A stretch of 64,000 nt of DNA, taken from positions 4,935 to 68,934 of the forward strand of contig JBGQJC010000008.1 in NCBI GenBank assembly GCA_041498815.1, in the 5' to 3' direction. The notes beneath the pieces were generated by a model. The model did not search any database and was not told the origin of the DNA. It saw only the letters and a program-made list of their open reading frames with translations. Source of the DNA: Alphaproteobacteria bacterium. Lineage in GTDB: Bacteria; Pseudomonadota; Alphaproteobacteria; DATDPM01. Shown here in pieces: positions 58,202-64,000 of this stretch. How positions within the stretch are numbered: position 1 is the first letter of the stretch; each line of letters begins with the position of its first letter. Position numbers and translations under genes: made by a program.

Positions 58202-60283
58202 TCAGGCCGCGAGAATCGCGAGCAGCAGGATCGCCACGATATTGGTGATCTTGATCATCGGATTGACCGCGGGGCCGGCGGTGTCCTTATAGGGATCTCC
58301 CACCGTATCCCCGGTGACCGCGGCGCGGTGGGTGTCCGAGCCCTTGCCGCCGAAGTGCCCATCCTCGATGTATTTCTTGGCGTTGTCCCAGGCCCCTCCC
58401 CCGGAGGTCATGGAGATGGCGACGAAAATGCCGGTGACGATGGTCCCCAGCAGCATGGCGCCCAAAGCGGTGAACGCCGCGGCGCGGCCGGCGGCAAGCG
58501 TTATCACGGCGTAAAGCACGACCGGCGCCAAGACGGGCAGGAGCGACGGCACGATCATTTCCTTGATCGCGGCCTTGGTCAGCAAATCCACCAAGCGCCC
58601 GTATTCGGGCCGCGCCTTGCCCTCCATGATTCCCGGAATTTCGCGGAACTGGCGCCGCACTTCGACCACCACGCTTCCGGCGGCGCGTCCGACCGCGCGC
58701 ATGCCGAGCGAGCCGAAGAGATAAGGAAGGAGCCCGCCCAGGAAGAGCCCGATCACCACGAACGGATCCTGGAGCCGGAAAGTGACGGATAGATCGGGAA
58801 AGTAGTAGCTAAGGTCCTCGGTGTAGGCGGCAAAGAGCACGAGCGCCGCCAGCCCCGCCGAGCCGATGGCATAGCCCTTGGTCACGGCTTTGGTGGTGTT
58901 GCCGACGGCGTCGAGCGCATCGGTCGTCTTGCGCACCTCGGGCGGCAAATCCGCCATTTCGGCGATGCCACCCGCGTTATCGGTGACGGGACCGTAGGCA
59001 TCGAGCGCCACCACGATGCCGGCCAGCGCCAGCATGGTGGTCGCCGCAATCGCTACTCCGAACAGCCCGGCCTGCGAAAACGCGACCACAATTCCGGTGC
59101 AGATCACCAGCACCGGCAGCGCGGTCGATTCCATCGAAACCGCCAAGCCCTGGATGATGTTGGTGGCATGGCCGGTCTGCGAAGCGCTGGCGATCGAGCG
59201 GACCGGCCGGAAATCGGTGCCGGTGTAGTATTCGGTGATCCAAACGAGCCCGCCGGTCACGACCAGTCCGACCACCGCGCAGTAAAGCAGATTGCGGCCG
59301 CTGATGGTGGCGTCCCCGAGCGGGATCGGATCGGAAATACCGAGATAGCAGTACGTGACCACGGCAATCAGAACAGCCGAGATCACCGCCGCCGCGATCA
59401 ATCCCTTATACAGCGCCTGCATGATTCGACCGCTCTGGCCGAGGCGCACGAAGAAGGTCCCGATCACGGAACCGATGATGCACACGGCGCCGATCAACAG
59501 CGGATAGGTCATCATGCGGGCCTGAACCTCGCCCGAAAAGAAGATGGCGGCGAGCAGCATGGTGGCGACGATGGTGACCGCGTAGGTTTCGAACAGGTCC
59601 GCCGCCATGCCGGCGCAATCGCCGACATTGTCGCCGACGTTGTCGGCGATCACGGCCGGGTTGCGCGGATCGTCTTCCGGAATTCCGGCCTCGATCTTGC
59701 CGACAAGATCGGCCCCGACATCGGCGCCCTTGGTGAAAATGCCGCCGCCCAGGCGCGCAAAAATCGAAATGAGGGACGCGCCGAAGGAGAGCGCGACCAA
59801 GCCCTCGAGAATCTGGCGCTGCGCCAAGCCGCTGTCGCGCAGCACGAAGTAATAGATGGAAACCCCCAGAAGCCCCAGGCCCACCACCAACATGCCGGTG
59901 ATCGCCCCCGACTTGAAGGCGATGTCGAGGGCCGGCTTCAGGCCGCCGGTGCGCGCCGCATCGGCCGTGCGCACATTCGCGCGCACCGACACGTTCATTC
60001 CGATATAGCCGGCGGCGCCCGAAAGAATCGCGCCGATCGCATAGCCGATCGCGACATGGATTCCGAGGAACCATCCCAGGATCAGGCCCATCACGACGCC
60101 GACCATGGCGACCGTCTGGTATTGGCGATTGAGATAGGCCCGTGCGCCTTCCTGGATCGCGGCCGCGATTTCACGCATGCGGTCCGTGCCGGTGCTGGCG
60201 GCGAGCACGACGCGCGCGGCATAGCCGCCGTAAAGAAGCGCCAGCACCCCGCAGGCGACGATCAACAAATCGGCTTGGTTCAT
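58202..60283 (-). CDS. hppA: Membrane H+-translocating pyrophosphatase, K+-independent type
   Basis: [48 protein letters not shown] has Lys at the K+-dependence position. Confidence 0.93.
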   Translation of the reverse strand: MNQADLLIVACGVLALLYGGYAARVVLAASTGTDRMREIAAAIQEGARAYLNRQYQTVAMVGVVMGLILGWFLGIHVAIGYAIGAILSGAAGYIGMNVSVRANVRTADAARTGGLKPALDIAFKSGAITGMLVVGLGLLGVSIYYFVLRDSGLAQRQILEGLVALSFGASLISIFARLGGGIFTKGADVGADLVGKIEAGIPEDDPRNPAVIADNVGDNVGDCAGMAADLFETYAVTIVATMLLAAIFFSGEVQARMMTYPLLIGAVCIIGSVIGTFFVRLGQSGRIMQALYKGLIAAAVISAVLIAVVTYCYLGISDPIPLGDATISGRNLLYCAVVGLVVTGGLVWITEYYTGTDFRPVRSIASASQTGHATNIIQGLAVSMESTALPVLVICTGIVVAFSQAGLFGVAIAATTMLALAGIVVALDAYGPVTDNAGGIAEMADLPPEVRKTTDALDAVGNTTKAVTKGYAIGSAGLAALVLFAAYTEDLSYYFPDLSVTFRLQDPFVVIGLFLGGLLPYLFGSLGMRAVGRAAGSVVVEVRRQFREIPGIMEGKARPEYGRLVDLLTKAAIKEMIVPSLLPVLAPVVLYAVITLAAGRAAAFTALGAMLLGTIVTGIFVAISMTSGGGAWDNAKKYIEDGHFGGKGSDTHRAAVTGDTVGDPYKDTAGPAVNPMIKITNIVAILLLAILAA

Positions 60284-60429
60284 CGATGGAGATTCCCGTC
60301 GTCTCGAATGGAAGATGCGCGCCCTTGTCGCGACCCCCCTTCGGCGCCAGGAGGCGGCGCCCCAATCGGGCGCGAACATGCCAGATCGGCGGGGCTTAGG
60401 CAACGGGCCGGGAACGGCGGCGGCAGCCG

Positions 60430-60876
60430 CTACGGCGGATTCACCTTTTCGACCGCATTCTCGATCAGGACATCTTTCACGACGCCCGGGCCGACCACCT
60501 TTTCGCATTCGGCCAGCAATTGCCGCTTGAGCTTGGAAGCGTCGTAATTCTGGTTCACGTCGTTCCGAGATAAGGCGGTATGGAGCTTGGTCAAGAAGGC
60601 ATCCCGGATATAGGGCAGAAATTCCTTCACCTTCTGCTCGGCGGCGGGTCCCGCGACCTCAAGCTTGACCGCGAGGCTCATGTGCTTGACCACCCGGTCC
60701 TCTTGAATGACCGGGATGATGAATGGCTCCATGGCGACGAATATGGCGCCCGCCGCGTGCTCGCCTTCTGGCGCGGGCGCTTCCGCTTCGCCCCCGCCTT
60801 TGAAATAGAAATACCAGGCCGCAAAACCGCCGCCCGCGAGCACCAGGAGCACAACCACGATGATGATTTTCTTCAT
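60430..60876 (-). CDS. fliL: Flagellar basal-body-associated FliL-like protein
   Basis: Single N-terminal [18 protein letters not shown]. Confidence 0.7.
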   Translation of the reverse strand: MKKIIIVVVLLVLAGGGFAAWYFYFKGGGEAEAPAPEGEHAAGAIFVAMEPFIIPVIQEDRVVKHMSLAVKLEVAGPAAEQKVKEFLPYIRDAFLTKLHTALSRNDVNQNYDASKLKRQLLAECEKVVGPGVVKDVLIENAVEKVNPP

Positions 60877-60879
60877 CGC

Positions 60880-61863
60880 CTAGAAGTGCTGATAACCGAA
60901 CGAGTCCAGGACCATTGCCGTTCCGTCCACGTCTTTGACCAAGACCCCGCTGCCGCGGTCGATCCGTCCAATCATGGTCACGGGCACGCCGCATTTTTGC
61001 GCCGCAGCCTGGATGGCATCGGCCGAGCCGGATTCGGCGGTGAACAGAAGCTCATAGTCGTCGCCGCCCGCAAGCACGGATTTTCGCGCGTCCGGGTCAA
61101 GGGCCAGGATCTGCTCCGCCGCTTCCGACAGCGGCATGCGCGTCCATTCGACAATCGCGCCGACATGCGAAGTTTCGCAGATGTGGGCTAGATCTGCGGC
61201 GAAGCCATCCGAAATATCGATGGCGGCGTGGGCGATCCCGCGCAGCGCCATGCCGAGGGTGACCCGGGGCTGGGGCAGGTGATAGCGGGACAACAGGAAG
61301 TTGCGAAGTTGGGGCGCCAGATCCGGAAACTCTCCGCGCATCACGCGAAGGCCGAGGGCTCCGTCTCCGATCGTGCCGGAAACGAATATCGCATCGCCCG
61401 CCTTGGCACCCGAGCGCAGCAACGCTTGACCTTCCGGCACCTCCCCCAGCGCCGTGACCGTGAACACGGCGGGGCCCGCCGTGGCGACGGTGTCGCCGCC
61501 GATCAACGCGAGTTTGAATCGTTCCTGATCTTCGCGCAGGCCCTCGCAAAACTTGGCCAGCCAGGGTTCATTGAGGGGTTTCGGCAAGGCCACCGAGAGA
61601 AGGTAGGCTGCCGGCGTAGCGCCCATCGCGGCCAGGTCCGAGAGATTGACGCGGAGCAGTTTGCGCGCGATCAGCTCCGGCGGGGTGCCGCCGGGAAAAT
61701 GCACGCCCGCAATCAGGGTGTCGGTGGTGGCGACCAGCGCATGCCCGGCCGCGGGCGCAATAAGCGCTCCGTCGTCGGCAAGCCCGAGCGCGCCCGCCCG
61801 GCCTTCCGTGAGGGGCCGGAAATAGCGCGCGATGATCTCGAACTCACCGCGCTCTTGCGCCAC
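60880..61863 (-). CDS. thiL: Thiamine-monophosphate kinase
   Basis: GEFEIIARYF, DDGA, NLSDLAAMGA, GGDT, DISDG, GGDDYELLFT. GTG start. Confidence 0.93.
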   Translation of the reverse strand: MAQERGEFEIIARYFRPLTEGRAGALGLADDGALIAPAAGHALVATTDTLIAGVHFPGGTPPELIARKLLRVNLSDLAAMGATPAAYLLSVALPKPLNEPWLAKFCEGLREDQERFKLALIGGDTVATAGPAVFTVTALGEVPEGQALLRSGAKAGDAIFVSGTIGDGALGLRVMRGEFPDLAPQLRNFLLSRYHLPQPRVTLGMALRGIAHAAIDISDGFAADLAHICETSHVGAIVEWTRMPLSEAAEQILALDPDARKSVLAGGDDYELLFTAESGSADAIQAAAQKCGVPVTMIGRIDRGSGVLVKDVDGTAMVLDSFGYQHF

Positions 61864-62362
61864 CCTCTGCCGCCTCCGTACCGCCCGCCCGAACTCCGTG
61901 CGCCAGACGGTCGAGAACACCGTTCACGAAGGCCGGCTCCTTGTCCGCGAAAAAGGCGTGGGCGGCATTCATATATTCGTTGATGACGACTTCGAGCGGA
62001 ATATCGGGACGCGCGAGCAGTTCGTAGGCGCCCGCCCACAACACGGCGCGAAGCAACGTCTCGAGCCGATCGAGCGGCCAGTCTTCGGCCAAGACCTGCA
62101 CGAGATGCGAGTCGATCTCGGACTTTCGCGCCACCGCGCCGCGCACGATGTCGCAAAAAAGCGCAACGTCCGCCCCGCCGAGCGCGCAGGATTCCGCCTC
62201 GCCGCTCTGCCGGTAGGTCTTGAATTCCGCGACCACGTCTTCGGCCGACGCCGCGGTGACCAGGATTTGATAGAGCGCCTGGATCGCGGCGAGCCTTGCC
62301 GCAGTGCGCGGAGTTGTGCCCGCCCCAACGGATGACGCATCTGTTGGTTCGGCGCGCATCAT
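61844..62362 (-). CDS. nusB: Transcription antitermination factor NusB
   Basis: RTAARLAAIQALYQ, INEY, FVNGVLD. ATGA overlap with ribH. Confidence 0.93.
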   Translation of the reverse strand: MMRAEPTDASSVGAGTTPRTAARLAAIQALYQILVTAASAEDVVAEFKTYRQSGEAESCALGGADVALFCDIVRGAVARKSEIDSHLVQVLAEDWPLDRLETLLRAVLWAGAYELLARPDIPLEVVINEYMNAAHAFFADKEPAFVNGVLDRLAHGVRAGGTEAAEGGARAR

Positions 62363-62823
62363 CGCGGAAACAGCAGGAGTTGCCGCTTCACATCCAGCAT
62401 CTGCAAACAAGCGCGCGCGGCCGCCCCGCCCCGGTTGCGCTTTTGCGGGGCGGCGCGTTCCACGGCCTGCTCGCGGTTGTCGGCGGTGACGATGCCGAAT
62501 CCGAGCGCCAAGGTGTATTTCCGGACCAAATTTTGAAGGGCGTGGGCGGCTTCTCTGCCGACGAGATCGTGATGGCTGGTTTCGCCGCGGATGACACAAC
62601 CCAAGACGACATAACCGTCGAAGCGGCCGCGCAGCGTCGAGAAATCGAGCGAGCGTATCGCCATCTGGATCGCGGCCGGAATTTCGAACACGCCGGGCAC
62701 CGCGTAGCGCTCGTAGGTCGCCCCCACCGCGTCCAAGGCGGCGATGGCCCCACGGGCGAGTTCGTCGGCGATGTCTTCGTAATATCGCGATTCCACGATC
62801 ATGATCTGGGGTTGGGTCGCCAC
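62359..62823 (-). CDS. ribH: 6,7-dimethyl-8-ribityllumazine synthase
   Basis: VPGVFEIP, LGCVIRGETSHHD, GFGIVT. Confidence 0.93.
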   Translation of the reverse strand: MATQPQIMIVESRYYEDIADELARGAIAALDAVGATYERYAVPGVFEIPAAIQMAIRSLDFSTLRGRFDGYVVLGCVIRGETSHHDLVGREAAHALQNLVRKYTLALGFGIVTADNREQAVERAAPQKRNRGGAAARACLQMLDVKRQLLLFPR

Positions 62824-63984
62824 TCAGCTCTCCCGCACGGTTAAGGGCTTTTGATCGACGACACTGAGGCCGTAGCCCTCGAGCCCGACGATCGTGCGTT
62901 TGGTATTGGAAAGAAGGATCATATCCTTGATCCCGAGATCGAGCAAAATCTGCGCGCCCACGCCGTAGTCGCGAAGCTCGGGCGGCTTGGGGCGCGACGC
63001 TTCGTGGCGCGCTTTCACGCGGTTGGACAGGGTCTTGGGCCGCGGCTCGCGGATCAGCACCACCACGCCCCGCTCCTCGGCGCCGATGATTTCCATGGCG
63101 CGCTGGAGCTCGCCGTGATGCGCGCCTTGCGTATCGCCCAAAACATCGTCCAACACGTTCAGCGCATGCATGCGCACGAGAACGGGGCCGGGCCGCGCAA
63201 GGTCGCCTTTGACGAGCGCCAAATGCTCGGCGTAGTCCACGGTATTGGCGTAAACGATCATGCGGAAGCCGCCGCCGTACCGGCTATCGAAATCGGTTTC
63301 GGCGACGCGCTCGATGATCCGCTCGACGCGCAGGCGATGGGCGATGAGATCGGCGATCGCCGCCATCTTCAAACCGTGGGCGCGGGCGAAATCCATGAGG
63401 TCCGGCAGCCGCGCCATGGTTCCGTCGTCCTTCATGATCTCGCACAAGACGCCGGCCGGCGTGAGCCCGGAAAGGCGCGCCAAATCGACCGCGGCTTCGG
63501 TATGGCCGGCGCGCACCAACACCCCGCCGTCGCGCGCCACCAGCGGAAACACGTGGCCGGGACTGACGATATCGCCCTTGCCGCGCGTGGGGTCGATGGC
63601 AACCGCGACGGTGCGCGCACGGTCGGGGGCCGAGATGCCGGTGGTGACGCCCTCGCGCGCCTCGATCGAAACGGTGAAGGCGGTCTGGTGGCGCGAAAGA
63701 TTGTCGCGCGCCATGAGCGGCAGGCCCAGCTCTTCGACGCGCCGGCGGGTGAGCGCGAGGCAAATGAGGCCGCGCCCGAACCGCGCCATGAAATTGATCG
63801 ACTCCGGGGTCGCCATCTGGGCGGCGATGATGAGATCGCCTTCGTTTTCCCGGTCCTCGTCGTCGACGAGCACGATCATCCGGCCATTGCGGATCTCCTC
63901 GAGGATCTCCGGAATCGGCGAGAGATGCGCGCGATTCGCAGCCAGGGCCGCGGAATCCCGGCGCTCTAGACTTCGGCGCGCCAT
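62824..63984 (-). CDS. ribB: DHBP synthase fused to a degenerate GTP cyclohydrolase II-like domain (RibBX type)
   Basis: DDEDRENEGD, TAFTVSI, PGHVFPL, RAGHTEA, CEIM. The C-terminal domain has no cysteines. Confidence 0.9.
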   Translation of the reverse strand: MARRSLERRDSAALAANRAHLSPIPEILEEIRNGRMIVLVDDEDRENEGDLIIAAQMATPESINFMARFGRGLICLALTRRRVEELGLPLMARDNLSRHQTAFTVSIEAREGVTTGISAPDRARTVAVAIDPTRGKGDIVSPGHVFPLVARDGGVLVRAGHTEAAVDLARLSGLTPAGVLCEIMKDDGTMARLPDLMDFARAHGLKMAAIADLIAHRLRVERIIERVAETDFDSRYGGGFRMIVYANTVDYAEHLALVKGDLARPGPVLVRMHALNVLDDVLGDTQGAHHGELQRAMEIIGAEERGVVVLIREPRPKTLSNRVKARHEASRPKPPELRDYGVGAQILLDLGIKDMILLSNTKRTIVGLEGYGLSVVDQKPLTVRES

Positions 63985-64000
63985 TGCACAAGCCTTTCAA

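Overview
High-GC alphaproteobacterial chromosome segment, Rhodospirillales-like by gene content (inference). Most of it is core housekeeping: Dpp/Opp ABC transporter, cysK-sseA-metC, zur/znuABC, hisI, modBC, recJ, hom, phaC, argC, rplM-rpsI, yceD-rpmF-plsX-fabH-ihfA-merR, bamE, hppA, ribB-ribH-nusB-thiL and four tRNAs. No CRISPR array, integrase, transposase or rRNA was found. Five things stand out. (1) A full-length Zn-type CDF exporter is fused in frame, through an internal signal-peptide-like segment, to a complete ModA that heads modBC, beside a Zur/Znu locus. (2) A 25-aa orphan pqqA, absent from the ORF track, has its own RBS, terminator and upstream dyad. It sits in an 11-kb signalling cluster with no DNA-binding output, which includes a FixL-like heme-PAS hybrid kinase and a degenerate GGDEF-EAL protein. 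(3) A low-GC islet at the tRNA-Glu 3' end encodes a solitary membrane-anchored Mrr-family nuclease. (4) One outer-membrane protein carries two tandem beta-barrels. (5) A beta-carbonic-anhydrase-fold protein carries a Tat-like signal. Product calls come from motif recognition by eye; no database searches were run. Starts were moved from the ORF track to the most plausible codon where stated.
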